Assembly: GCF_963921235.1 (NCBI RefSeq)
Contig: NC_086097.1
Location: 147,438,001-147,502,000 of the forward strand
Direction: 5' to 3'
DNA from: Mobula hypostoma
Lineage: Eukaryota
DNA: 64,000 nucleotides
Part shown: piece after piece, positions 50,292 through 62,750 of the stretch
How positions within the stretch are numbered: the first letter of the stretch is position 1
Layout of the letters: every line of letters starts with the position of its first letter
Position numbers and translations under genes: made by a program
Notes under the pieces: generated by a model
What the model was told of the DNA's origin: nothing
Databases searched by the model: none
Seen by the model: the letters and a program-made list of their open reading frames with translations, nothing else

Positions 50292-53200
50292 ACAGTTTTT
50301 GATTCGGAGCAAGAAGGCTGCGAGTGAATGCCTGATTTTCGGAGCCAAGGCAGTTTTTACTACTCCGGGTAAAAGAGAGGCAAGACTGCACAGGCACGTG
50401 ATGTCAGCCAGTAGAGCGCAAAAGGTTTAAAAAGAAGACCGCCATATCCAGCAGGCAGCATTCAGAGCGAGCAGCAGAGTGATAGGGCTTTGACTCAACG
50501 GGCTTAGGTGGTAACAGGACGAGGCGAGGTAGGTTTACTGGTGTTATTTGTGGAAAGGAGGAAGTATGTGTGTGAGGCCAGTTTTCTGTGCTCGGTGTCA
50601 GATGTGGGAGGTCCTGGAGTCTCCCAGCCTCCCAAACGGCCATATCTGCATCAGGTGTCTCGAACTGCAGCTCCTAAGGGACCAAGTTACAGAACTGGAG
50701 ATGTAGCTCGATGGCCTTTGCCTGGTCAGAGAGAGCGAGGAGGTGATAGAAAGGAGTCATAGGCAGGTGGTCACACCAGGGTCACAGGAGACAGACAAGT
50801 GGGTCACAGTCAGGAGGGGGAAGGGGAAGAGTCAGGTACTAGAGAGTACCCCTGTGGCTGTACCCCTTGACAATAAGTACTCCTGTTTGAGTACTGTTAG
50901 GGGGGACATCCTACCTGGGGGAAGCGACAGTGGTCGTGCCTCTGGCACAGAGTCTGGTGCTGTGGCTCAGAAGGGTAGGGAAAGGAAGAGGAAGGTAGTA
51001 GTGATAGGTGACGCTATAGTTAGGGGGTCAGACAGGTGATTCTGTGGACGCAGATAAGAAACTCAGATGGTAGTTTGCCTCCCAGGTGCCAGGGTTCGGG
51101 ATGTTTCAGATCACGTTCAAGATATCCTACAGTGGGAGGGAGAACAGCCAAAGGTCGTGGTACATATTGATATCAATGACATAGGTAGGAAAAGGGAAGG
51201 GGTCCTGAAAAAAGAGTAAAGGGAGTTAGGAAGGAAGTTGAGAAGCAGGACGGCAAAGGTAGTATTCTCAGGATTACTGCCTGTGCCACGCGACAGTGAG
51301 AATAGGAATAGAATGAGGTGGAGAATAAATGCGTGGCTGAGGGATTGGAGCAGGGGGCAGGGATTCAGATTTCTGGATCATTGGGACCTCTTTTGGGTCA
51401 GGTGTGACCTGTACAAAAAGGACTTGTTGCACTTGAATCCCAGGGGGACCAATATCCTGGCGGGGAGGTTTGCTAAGGTTACTGGGGAGAGTTTAAAATA
51501 GAATTGTTGGGGGGTGGGAACCGAACTGAAGAGACTGGGGAAGAGGAGGTTTGCTCACAAATAGAGAAAGCTAGTAGACAGTGCGAGAGGGAGGACAGGC
51601 AGGTGATAGAGAAGGGACGCGCTCAGACCGAAGGTTTGAGACGCATCTATTTTAACGCAAGGAATGTTGTGAACGAAGCGGATGAGCTTAGAGCATGGAT
51701 CAGTACTTGGAGATATGATGTGGCGGCCATTACAGAGACATGGATGGCTCAGGGACAGGAATGGTTACTTCAAGTGCTGGGTTTTAGATGTTTCAGAAAG
51801 GACAGGGAAGGAAACAAAAGAGGTGGAGACGTGGCACTGTTGATCAGAGATAGTGTCACGGCTGCAGAAAAGGTGGATGCCATGGAGGGATTGTCTACTG
51901 AGTCTCTGCGGGTGGAGGTTAGGAACAGGAAGAGGTCAATAACTTTACTGTGTGTTTTTTATAGGCTGCCCAGTAGTAACAGGGCTATCGAGGAGCAGAT
52001 AGGGAAACAGATCCTGGAAATGTGTAATAATAACCAAATTGATGATGGGAGATTTTAATTTCCCAAATATCGACTGGCATCTTTCCTAGTGCAAGGGGTA
52101 TAGATGGGGTGGAGTTTATTAGGTGTGTTCAAGAAGGTTTCTTGACACAATATGTAGATAAGCCTCCAAGAGGAGAGGCTGTACTTGATCTAGTATTGGG
52201 AAATGAACCTGGTCAGGTGTCAGATCTCACAGTGGAAGAGCATTTCGGAGATGGTGATCATAGTTCTATCTCCTTTACAATAGCATTGGAGAGAGATAGG
52301 AACAGACAAGTTAGAAAAGTATTTAATTGGAGCAAGGGGAATTATGAGGCTATCAGGCAGGAAATTGGAAGCTTAAATTGGAAACAGATGTTCTCAGGGA
52401 AAAGTACGGAAGAAATGTGGCAAATGTTCAGGTGATATTTGTGTTGAGTTCTGCATAGGTACATTCCAATAAGACAGGGTACAGGAACCGTAGTGTACGA
52501 AGGCTGTAATAAATCTAGTCAAAAAGAAAAGAAAAGCTTACAAAAGGTTCAGCGAGTTAGGTAATGTTAGAGATCTAGAAGATCATAAGGCTAATAGGAA
52601 GGAGCTTAAGAAGGAAATTAGGAGAGCCAGAAGGGGCCATGAGAAGGCCTTGGCGAGCAGGATTAAGGAAAACCCCCAAGGTATTCTACAAGTATGTGAA
52701 GAGCAAGAGGATAAGACGTGAAAGAATAGGACCTATCAAGTGTGACAGTGGGAAAGTATCTATGGAACCAGAGGAAATAGCAGAGGTAATTAATGAATAC
52801 TTTACTTCAGTATTCACTAAGGAAAAGGATCTTGGTGATTGTACTAATGACTTGCAGCAGACTGAAAATCTTGAGCATGTAGATATTAAGAAAGAGGATG
52901 TGCTGGCGCTTTTGGAAAACATCAAATTGGATAAGTCGCCGGGACCGGATGAGATGCACCCCAGGCTACTGTGGGAGGTGAGGGAGGAGATTGCTGAGCC
53001 TCTGGCAATGATCTTTGCACCATCAATGGGGATGGGAGAGGTTCTGGAGGATTGGAGGGTTGCTGATGCTGTTCCTTTATTCAAGAAAGGGAGTAGAGAT
53101 AGCCCAGGAAATTATAGACCAGTGAGTCTTACCTAAGTGGTTGGTAAGTTGATGGAGAAGATCCTGAGAGGCAGGATTTATGAACATTTGGAGAGGTATA

Positions 53201-54476
53201 ATATGATTATGAATAGTCAGCATGGCTTTGTCAAAGGCAGGTCATGCCTTATGAGCCTGATTGAATTTTTTGAGGACAAAACACATTGATGACGGAAGAG
53301 CAGTAGATGTATGGATTTCAGCAAGGCATTTGATAAGGTACCCCATGCGAGGCTTATTGAAAAAGTAGGGAAGCCTGGGATCCAAGGGGACATTGCTTTG
53401 TGGATCCAGAACTGGCTTGCCCACAGAAGGCAAAGTGTGGTTGTCGACGGGTCATATTCTGCATGGAGATCGGTCACCAGTGGAGTGCCTCAGGGATCTG
53501 TTCTGGGACCCTTACTCTTCGTGATTTTTATAAATGACCTGGATGAGGAAGTGGAGGGATGGGTTAGTAAGTTTTCTGATGACACAAAGGTTGAAGATGT
53601 TGTGGATAGTGTAGAGGACTGTCAGAGGTTACAGCCGGAATTGATAGGATGCAAAACTGGACTGAGAAGTGGCAGATGGAGTTCAACCCAGATAAGTGTG
53701 AAGTGGTTCATTTTGGCAGGTCAAATATGATGGCAGAATATAGTATTAATGGTAAGACTCTTGGCAGCGTGGAGGATCAGAGGGATCTTGGGGTCCGAGT
53801 CCATAGCTCAAAGCAGCTGCGCAGGTTGACTCTGTGGTTAAGAAGGCGTACGGTATATTGGCCTTCATCAATCGTGGAATTGAATTTAGGAGCCGAGAGA
53901 TAATGTTGCAGCTATACAGGACCCTGGTCAGATCCTACCTGGAGTACTGTGCTCAGTTCTGGTTGCCTCACTAAAGGAAGGATGTGGAAGCCATTGAAAG
54001 GGTGCAGAGGAGATTTACAAGGATGTTGCCTGGACTGGGGAGCATGCCTTATGAGAATAGGCTGAGTGAACTCGGCCTTTTCTCCTTGGGGCGACGGATG
54101 ATGAGAGGTGACCTGATACAGGTGTATAAGATGATGAGAGGCATTGATTATGTGGATAGTCAGAGGCTTTTTCCCAGGGCTGAAATGGTTGCCACAAGAA
54201 GACACAGGTTTAAGGTGCTGGGGAGTAGGCACAGAGGAGATGTCAGGGGTAAGTTTTTTAACTCAGAGAGTGGTGAGTGTGTGGAATGGGCTGCCGGCAA
54301 TGGTGGTGGAGGTGGATATGTTAGGGTCTTTTAAGAGACTTTTGGATAGGTACATGGAGCTTTGAAAAATAGAGAGCTATAGGTAAGCCTAGTAATTTCT
54401 AAGGTAGGGACATGTTCGGCCCAACTTTGTGGGCCGAGGGGCCTGTATTGTGCTGTAGGTTTTGTATGTTTCTATG
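50292..54476 (+). mobile_element. Near full-length CR1 LINE (5' UTR, ORF1, ORF2, 3' UTR, (TTCTATGT)-type tail), disabled
   Basis: ORF1 from ATG 50566 (CxxC...CxxC, leucine-rich segment, SGNH-type esterase VVVIGDAIVRG) to 51501. ORF2 has APE (YFNARN, AITETW) and RT (DFSKAFDKV, PQGSVLGP, FSDD). Scattered stops and frameshifts. Confidence 0.95.
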
Positions 54477-54888
54477 AAATCAACCCCAATCACCATCTCC
54501 AGATTGCCTGCATTTTAAATTCAATCTACAATCCATTCAGGTCTGTATTTTGGCTGCTGTTGAAATTATTACTTCCTATATACCAGAACTCCAGAATTCA
54601 CCCCAACAATTCTTCAGGCATATAAATTATATCTGGGTGGTAAAAGGAGAGGTCGAAGGTGTAAAAGGAAATCCACAGACTAAAAGCTGTAAAGAGAGTA
54701 AAAGAAGAGCATAAATGAGAAAATTGTAAAAGATCAGATTGGTAGAGCCTGGTGCATTTCAAGTGGAAGAGTATAGCAAAAGTAATCATTGGCCTGTCAG
54801 AGGAGGAGACTTGGGAATTAAAAATGGGAAATGTAGGCATATCAGCAATTCTGAATGGATACTAAAACATGCCAATAGTAGTAGATAA

Positions 54889-55464
54889 TGTACCACCCTG
54901 GGAAAGGTTTCACCGCCAATGTAATTGTTTTTCTGTAGCAGCAGTGTTTGGGTTATGACTAGAGATAACAGGTGCTTTGAAATGTGCGCCGTCCAGTGAA
55001 GGGAGTGTTTTTTCTTGTTGTGTGCCTGAGAACGAGGTGATCTGGGTCTTTTGTTCAGCAAGAGATGGAGAAAGAAGATGCGAGAAAGGGGAGGTCGTAG
55101 ACAGCAGGACGGAGTGGATTTGGAGTGGAGCCTGGAGTTGACGAACCCTGGGGAAACTGATGGAGGACCAGTGGAAGGGGAACCGTGAGCTCCAACATGC
55201 ACATTAGACTGTTTCATTAAAACGGGCCCTTTTCTTCTTGTTTTTCTTCATTAATCCTTTAGTCAAATTAAGAATTATCAAGCTAAATCATTTAATTGCG
55301 TATAGTATACTGTCTGTTACTTTGTAGTACTGATTTGTAATGGGGGAACAGATCACTCAGCATCCACACAAACAATAGGTTTTGCACCTCAGATTTCACA
55401 AGTTTGGTGGGGCTAGAGACTGTCTTCCCTAGACTAATGCTGCCGGCCAAACCTGATGGTTACA
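54889..55464. mobile_element. Solo LTR (576 bp)
   Basis: TGTA...TACA termini with a 4-bp TSD ATAA (54885-54888 / 55465-55468). Confidence 0.8.
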
Positions 55465-55671
55465 ATAATCATGGGTGAAAGGCAGGAAACAACACAAAAT
55501 AGAAAAAGTACTAAGCAAACTAATGGGTCTGAAAGTCAACAAGCACTTTGCAGTTGATAGTTTACATCCTGTTATTAAAGGTCATGGTTGCTGAAATAGT
55601 GAATGCATTGAGTGCAACCTATCCAAATTCTCGAAGTTCTGGAGAAGTGCCAGAGGAATGCTAAGCTGCTG

Positions 55672-56045
55672 TTATTTATTTATATACACAATTTTTTTCT
55701 CTCTCTCTCCTTTTTCTCCCTCTGTCCCTCTCACTATACCCCTTGCCCATCCTCTGGGCTTTTTCCTCCCCTCCCCCTTTCCTTCTCCCTGGGCCTCCTG
55801 TCCCATGATCCTCTCGTATCCCTTTTGCCAATCAACTGTCCAGCTCTTGGTTCCATCCCTCCTCCTCCTGTCTTCTCCTATCATTTTGGATCTCCCCCTC
55901 GCCCTCCCTCTTTCAAATCTCTTACTATCTCTTCTTTCAGTTAGTCCTGACGAAGGGTCTCTGCCAGAAACGTCGACTGTACCTCTTCTTAGAGATTCTG
56001 CCTGGCCTGCTGTGTTCACCAGCAACATTTTTGTGCGTTGCTGCT
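55672..56045 (+). mobile_element. Penelope-like 3' region
   Basis: Near-identical to 19490-19860 and 37873-38140. Confidence 0.9.
55942..55979 (+). ncRNA. Minimal type I hammerhead ribozyme motif, core intact, stem II weakened
   Basis: tagtc CTGACGA agggtctctgcca GAAA cg TC gactg. Confidence 0.7.
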
Positions 56046-56779
56046 AATTTCATACCACTTTTCCCTAGTATATAAATTTAGAGGGTATAGTTTCGGGATA
56101 ATGGTCATCTATTTAAAACAGAGGTGAAGAGGAATTTCTTTTCTCAGAATGTCATAAATCTGGAATCCTCTATGGCAGAGAACTGTGCAGGCAAAGTTAT
56201 TGAATGTGGTTGAAATCAGCTCACAAGGCTAATTGATCCTTTGTTTATTGAGGTTAAATGTGAAGCAGGGCACTAAATAAGAAATTAACATTGGTCTTCA
56301 TCAAGAAGGACGTTGCTGTAGACTCACAAAAAAGTGAGAAAGTGGATAGGAAATAAAGGTATAAGCTAGTAAAAACATTTTGTCCAGAGAGGATTCATTC
56401 CAAGTTATTAAGGAAAGTGTGGAAGGAAATTCCGGAAGCCTGGGCCATAAACATCAAAACTTATAGGAGAGTACCTGAGAAATGTAAAATTGCAAACAAG
56501 TTCAAAAAAGTCTATAAGGATTACCGCAGCAATGAGAGGCCAGTCAGCTTACTCTCAGTGATGAAGGAAGATTCTGGAACAATTATCAGGAATAGAATTA
56601 GCGGCCATTTGGATAAATCTGAATTTGTTTGAGATAGCCGGCATGGATAAAACTAACTTTGAAAAAGCTTTTTTATGAAGTAGCAGAGAGAGATAATTGG
56701 GGAAATATTTTTTATAATGGATACAATATATGGACTTTGAAGAGGAAGTCGATGAAGTGCTACAGAATAGGTTTGTCAT

Positions 56780-57415
56780 CAACACACACAAAATGTTGCA
56801 GGAACTCAGCAGGCTAGGCAGCATCTATGGAAAAGAGTGAACAGTCAATGTTTTGGGACAAGGCCCTTCATCGAGACTGGAAAGAAAGACCAGAAGTCAG
56901 AGTAATAGAGTGCGTGGAGGGGAGGAAGACATACAAGGTGGCAGGTGGTAGGTGAAACCGGTGGGGGGGAAAGGTGAAGTAAAGAGTTGGGAAGTTGATT
57001 GGTGAAAGAGATAAAGGGCTGGAGAAGGGGCATCTGATAGGAGAGGGGAGAAGACCACAGAAGAAAGGGAAGGGGGAGGAACACCAGAGGGAGGTGATGG
57101 GCAGGTATAAGGTGAGAGAGGGAAATGGGAATGGGGGAATTGTGAGGGGGGGGCGCAATTACCAGAAGTTCAAGAAATCAGTGTTCATGCCTTTAGGTTG
57201 GAGGCTACCCAGGCAGAATACAAGGTGTTGCTCCTCCAATCTGAGTGTGGAGGAGGCCATGGAGTGACATGTCGGAATAGGAACAGGAAGTGGAATTGAA
57301 ATGGGTGGCCACCTGGAGATCCTACTTTTTGTGGCGGATGGAGTAAAGGTGCTTGGCGAAGCAGTCTCCCAATCTACATCAGGTCTCATCGATATACAGG
57401 AGGCCACATAAGTGG
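56780..57415 (-). mobile_element. Older Penelope-like 3' fragment abutting the large pseudo-exon
   Basis: Minus ORF end LRLEEQHLVFCLGSLQPKGMNTDFLNFW; degenerate ribozyme motif at ~56842-56880. Confidence 0.85.
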
Positions 57416-57419
57416 CTTC

Positions 57420-58312
57420 CTGCCTGTTTACATACATGCATAAAAGCCATTTAAACATTATAGTAGAGGGAAAATAAATTGTGTTCAAAAGGGACCTAGA
57501 TACTGTAAGTATTTACAAGGAGTACTTTCATGACTTTCAGAGAAAATTAGCAGAAGAGTTGGACTGTCCTGAAGAGCCAAAGACCCTCTTTCATGCAGTA
57601 ACTTTTCTATTAAATATAATTGGTAGACTTCAGTCACTTACCACTAGATGCTCCTTTCTTGCAGTTCAACTGGCAATATGAAGATGGACTAGAAGGTAAC
57701 AATTAGTTCATTCCTGTATATTGTGCATGATGTCTCAATCTTGGCCTTACTTAGCTGCTTTAATATCCAGTTAGTGTTATGATCAGCATAAGTTCAGCAA
57801 TGAGTGTTTAAATTCAACAAAGGATCATTTATAAAGTTTGATTTGAATTCAAGCAGTCTTTGATCCAAATGCCTGAAAAACAACAGTCTGCACACGTTAC
57901 AGATCTTTCTCAGCAGGGAGCCCACCATCAGTTCCAGGCTACTCTTCAAAAATGATTTAAGTCAGATCTGGCTTTACTGGTCCCTGTGTACAGCAAACAT
58001 ATTTTCACTGGGAGAAATAAAGCACATTTCCTCTCTTTGGATTCGCAGACACAATATTGGAGTGATACTGAATAAGAGGCAAAACCTGACGTCTACGGAT
58101 CTTGCTGGTATCCTAGCTATCGTTATGGCATCACATTTCTCTTGGGCATACAGTTCCTCCCATAACATATGGTATCCCTCCAGATATTCAGTAGTGGAGG
58201 ATATACAATAAGGCCATTTTGAAGATTAGGGTTTCAATTGAGTACTAATGGCAGCCAATGAGAATTATTTAGTTTGGCAGCTAGTTTAGTTTAGTTTTGC
58301 TGTCACAAAGAC
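57420..58312 (-). pseudogene. Large second exon of the candidate pseudogene
   Basis: Acceptor tatttttcctcattcatAG|G completes Arg with the exon-1 AG. After one frameshift, one frame reads SLAAISTQLKP*SSKWPYCISSTTEYLEGYHMLWEELYAQEKCD...LKSFLKSSLELMVGSLLRKICNVCRLLFFRHLDQRLLEF...VYQLYLIEKLLHERGSLALQDSP. Confidence 0.65.
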
Positions 58313-58500
58313 CTATGAATGAGGAAAAATAGCTTAAAGAGATTCTGTAAATTCAGAAAAAAATTTTGAAATCATTGGAACAAAAAAAAAACATGTAATT
58401 CATGGCATTCAATGCCTGCCATAATAGATTTTATAACATTCCAGATCCCTGTAAAAATGTGGGAAGCATGTTGGAATGCTCAAAAGGAGATGGATTAATG

Positions 58501-59845
58501 AACACACAAGAGAGACTGCGGATGCTGAAAATCTGGAGAAACACACACACAATGCTGGAAAAACTCAGCAGGTCATGCAGTATGGAGGGGAATGAATGAT
58601 CAACATTTCAGACCAAGACACTTGATTGTGACCAGAAAGAAAGAGAGCAGAAGCCAGACTAAAAGGGTGGGGACAGGGGTCGGAGCCGAAACTGCCCAGC
58701 GCTAGGTGAATCAAGGTGAGAGGGAAAGGTGGGTAGGTAGGGGAAGAGGGAGGTAGGAATGATGTGAGAAACTGGTTGGAGATCATTGGAAAAGGCAATG
58801 AGCTGAAACAGTTAGAATCTGATTGAAGAGTACAGTAGAATGTGGAATAAAGGGAAGGAGTTAGGGAACAAAAGGGAGGAAAGTGTGTGATGAGCAGATT
58901 GTGATGATCAGGGAGGGGAAAGTGAAGTGGCAAAGGAGCCAAAGGAATAAGGGAAAGCAAAAGGATGTAGACAGAGAAGAGAGGTTACCGGAAATAAGAG
59001 AAATTGATCACAATGCCATCAGGTTGGAGAATACAGATTTCCCCCGCCATCCGAAGGTAGAGCATTCCTATGAAACAGTTTGTAAGCCAGAATGTCATAA
59101 AGTGAAGAAACAATTACTATTTATTTATATGGGAAAAATTTGTGAGCATTCACAGACCCAAAAAATAACCTACCAAATCATGCCAAATAACACATAAAAC
59201 CTAAAATAACAGTAACATATAGTAAATGCAGGAATAATATGATAAATACACAGCCTATATAAAGTAGAAATACATTTCTACAACCATTTGTGCACTGTTC
59301 TCCGTAGCAAAAATCTCACGCAAGCACTCTCGGCAGAAACACTCGCTCCAGTAACCTTTAAGCTATGAAGCTGCCAAATCATACCAAATAACACATAAGA
59401 ATGCACAGTTTATATAAAGTAGAAATAATGTATGTACAGTGTAGTATCACTTACTGGAATCAGGACGACAGCAGCGCTGAGCACATTGATGATGGTTTGT
59501 TAGGCTGAGTCGTCGGAGGTTGGGGAGGTGCAGTGGACCCCAACCTCCAGGCTGCAGACCGATACCAATCCGCGAAGAATGCAGCGGTACAGCGGTAGCT
59601 GGGACGCACCCAGCACATCTTTAAGAAAAAAGCCGAAATAAACAAGCTAATTAATTAGGTGCCGCCTGGCACATAAATGTTGGCTCAGATCAGAGGCGAC
59701 ACAATCAGCAATCACCTCTGGTCTCAGCCTGAAAAATAGACTGATTATTCCCCTCTATAGATGCTGCCTGACCTGTTGAGCTCCTCCTGAATTTTGTGTG
59801 TGTGTCATTCCGGATTTCCAGCATCTACAGAATCTCTTGTGTTTA
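58501..59845. mobile_element. Tail-out inverted Penelope-like structure with a DNA transposon inside
   Basis: Left aacacacaagagagactgcggatgctgaaaatc is the reverse complement of right gatttccagcatctacagaatctcttgtgtt. Confidence 0.8.
59034..59719. mobile_element. Non-autonomous Tc1/mariner (pogo/Tigger-like) fragment, one terminus retained
   Basis: TA followed by CAGATTTCCCCCGCCATCCGAAGGTAGAGCATTCC, a Tigger-style TIR. Internal duplication at ~59172-59272 / 59373-59428. Second TIR not seen. Confidence 0.55.
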
Positions 59846-60097
59846 TGACTAAATAGATAAAAATCTGGTCCATATTTTGGCACAGCCTGATAAGCTACAA
59901 GTAATATTCACAAATAATAATTGCCAGACACTAACAATCTACATCAAGATACCAAACTACCCTTCCTTGTTGTTCAGTTCTAATACCTGTGCTAAATCCC
60001 TAACTCCAAAATCCATGCAACTTTTCCATTCTGGCCTCAAACACCCAATGACAATTAAGCAGGCCAGAGATTAGATGTTCAATAGTTAATGACTCAC

Positions 60098-60707
60098 CTC
60101 ATGATTTCCTTAATTTTTTCCTCTAACTTTAATAGTAAATCAGAAGAATAATGCAATACCCTTCACTTGTGTGGAATACAAAAATACTCAAAGTAGCTCA
60201 CTTAAATGACAGATGCATTTACAATATTAAAGTGAGTTAAGGACATGAAAGAGTCCAGTTCAGCCTTGCACAATGCTTTGCACAGAACTTGGCCTCAAAC
60301 TTTATAGTATGGCACTATCTTCTTTTTTACCCTTGTAAATACATTTAAGTTCTTCTCCCACTGAGACTCAGGTAGAAAACAACTTACATACATTTGATTG
60401 CTGCTAGGAGGTTAACATTTTAGCTAAATAAGCTGGAAGCCAGGACCAACAGTGACATATTTCAGACTAGATACTCTTCTTCTTCTATATATATGTCTTC
60501 TTTTTCTGAACTGCGATTGGTTGCATCCTGTAATCTCCTTTTTAAGAAGGTATTTTTGAGCTTACTAAATAATCTGGCACTTCTATGATCTGCTAGGGGA
60601 TCCGATGTGGACGAGGGCACAAGGTGCAGCTATGGTTACTGTGTATGGTGTGTCGACTCGTAATGGTAGAACACAAACCTGTGGTAGGCTCCATTACATC
60701 GGGCCAT
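60098..60707 (-). pseudogene. First coding exon of the candidate pseudogene
   Basis: aaATGG at 60707. Reads MARCNGAYHRFVFYHYESTHHTQ*P*LHLVPSSTSDPLADHRSARLFSKLKNTFLKRRLQD...IEEEEYLV*NMSLLVLASSLFS*NVNLLAAIK / YVSCFLPESQWEKNLNVF... / RVLHYSSDLLLKLEEKIKEIM, with a strong donor AG|GTGAGT. Confidence 0.65.
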
Positions 60708-60849
60708 TTAAAGCGTTGAGCAAGATTAAAATCATCAAGTATGAGAGTGGAAAGAAACAGCTGCCAGAGTTGATTTACATTTGATTCTGCCTCAAACCTC
60801 GATCAGAATTGTTCTTTTGTTCTTGAGATAACCCTCTGCAAATCATACC

Positions 60850-61520
60850 TGGCTTTCTTTATAGTCCTGGTTGACCAGACTTGAATGCTATAGATCTAGC
60901 CCTCTGCAGTCTATGAATCTCCTTGTTCATCCATGTCTTTTGATTTAGCTATGTATAATATGTTCTCATAGGCACATACTCATCCACACAGATTTTACTG
61001 AAATCAGTAACGACTATGGTATACTCATTCAGACTCGAAGTTGAATTCCTGAATACAGTCCAGTTCACCGACTCAAAGAAATCCAGTAAGCGCCTCTCTA
61101 CCACCCTTGTCCTCTCTACTGATGCTGCAGTCTTCAGTCCCTGCCTACACTTAGGGAGTAGAAGTACAGCCAGGTGACCAGACTTTCTGATCACAGAAGT
61201 GTGGGCGTGGAATTGCATGGTAAGTGCTCTTGATGGCAGTATAATTGTGGTCCAGTATGCTGGCTCCTCTGGTTCCACAAGAGAGATGCTAGTAATATTT
61301 ATTTAGAAACTTTTTCAAGCTGCCCTGGTTAAAATCCCCCAAAATGATGGGGAAGGCATCAGGGGGTGTTGATTATTTTGCTCGTTTCGTCTAGAGCCTG
61401 TTTGACACATGGATGAGGTGGAATGTACACCGTTACCAGAGAATACTGTACTTCTTACATAATTTAACACAGTATGTTTTTCCAACTTCTCATGCATGTT
61501 AAAGCATCTATGTAAAAATG
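60850..61520 (-). mobile_element. Rex1/Babar LINE fragment (endonuclease/linker)
   Basis: Minus ORF 60949..61278: KSGHLAVLLLPKCRQGLK...LLDFFESVNWTVFR...LNEYTIVVTDF. Confidence 0.8.
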
Positions 61521-61649
61521 TGGAGTGATGGCTCCGTTATCTACACCAAAACAAAAGGTCATCTAGGCACTGACAGATCATGAACAAAAAGCACAGCACT
61601 TGATGCCAGCTAAAGGAGTGCTTGAACAAGTGTCAGAGCAAATTACTGT

Positions 61650-62750
61650 TTCTTTCCATCAGGAATGATTACCTCAGTGTATTGTGCATCATATCATAAA
61701 CAAAAGGTAGAGGATTTCAATTTGAAATCATGTGCACATAATCAAGAATTTATTTTCAATTGTACTTTGATGACAAAACAAATCATATTGTTTCTTTCAT
61801 TTTCATACAACGCTCAGGCGCAGAAGAAGTTATCCTCCATTCACAGAGAATGGGCATGTTTCGACAGGGTGGATGCTGCATGGCAGAACAGGTTTTAGAA
61901 AAACAGGACTTGGAATCTGGAGGAGGCAGACAAAAACGCCATGATACACGAGCCATGATACACAACACAGATACTGATACAGATTTTGAACCCTTTGTGT
62001 TGTTTGAGCCTCATCTGATAATTTCAATCTGAGTTAAATGACCTGGTCAGAGACTTGGGTTTGTCAAAGGCAAAAGCAGAATTATTGGGTTCAAGACTGC
62101 AAGGCTAGAATCTGCTGGCACCAGAAAAACTGATGCCAAGATTAAGGAAGGCATTTTTGTTGGATCACAAATCAAACAGGTCATCAATGACAGGCGATTT
62201 GCAGAACTTCTAGTGGGACCAAAGAAAATTGCATGGAAGGCATTCAAGGATGTTGTTGAAAACTTTCTTGGCAACTACAGAGCATCAAATTACACACAGC
62301 TGGTTGACAACATGCTTCACACATACTATGAAGTGCAACATGTCACTAAAGATTCATTTTCTGCATTCCCATTTCGACTTCTTCCCTGCAAATCTTAGCA
62401 CAGTCAGTGACAAACATGGTGAAAGGTTTCACCAAAACATTGCGGTCATAGAGAAATGGTATCAGGGTAACTGGAATCCTTCAATGCTGGCTGATTGTGT
62501 TGGACACTTAAGTGAGAAGCCTCAGACACTGTGTACAAGGAAAATCATCAACAAAATATTTTTAGCTTAATTTAATTATTTCAAAGCATTAGCACTATTA
62601 TGCAATTAAGCACATTGCATTCAATAAAAATCAGTTTCTTGTTTCTCCAAATTCCTATGTGATACAAGTAATCTGAAATTATATTTGTGTTCGGCTTCAA
62701 GTGTCCTATCATAAATTTCTGAGGAAGCAACATTTTTGAAAAAAATTGTA
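61650..62750 (+). mobile_element. Internally deleted Chapaev3-like (CMC superfamily) DNA transposon
   Basis: SELNDLVRDLGLSKAKAELLGSRLQG joined to DAKIKEGIFVGSQIK...AWKAFKDVVENFLGNY and CNMSLKIHFLHSHFDFFPANLSTVSDKHGERFHQNIAVIEKWYQGNWNPSMLADC. Confidence 0.8.

Larger units (their letters stand above)
41328..60707 (-). pseudogene. Candidate non-processed multi-exon pseudogene of an unidentified ~700-aa protein
   Basis: Exons read by eye: 60707-60098, 58312-~57420, 48744-48696, 48630-48464, 46012-45843, 42376-42217, 41481-41328. GT-AG sites, phase-compatible junctions, protein-like translation with many stops and several frameshifts. Confidence 0.7.

Noticed and set aside
57481..57681. Plus-strand ORF (KEYFHDFQRKLAEELDCPEEPK...) as an exon
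   Set aside because: No clear splice partners on the plus strand. It is better explained as the antisense shadow of the minus-strand pseudo-exon, though not fully excluded.
58501..59845. DNA transposon or MITE defined by long terminal inverted repeats
   Set aside because: The inverted termini are Penelope 3' ends rather than transposase TIRs.
41328..60707. Assigning a gene symbol to the pseudogene
   Set aside because: I could not match the translation to any protein I recognise. A database search is required.
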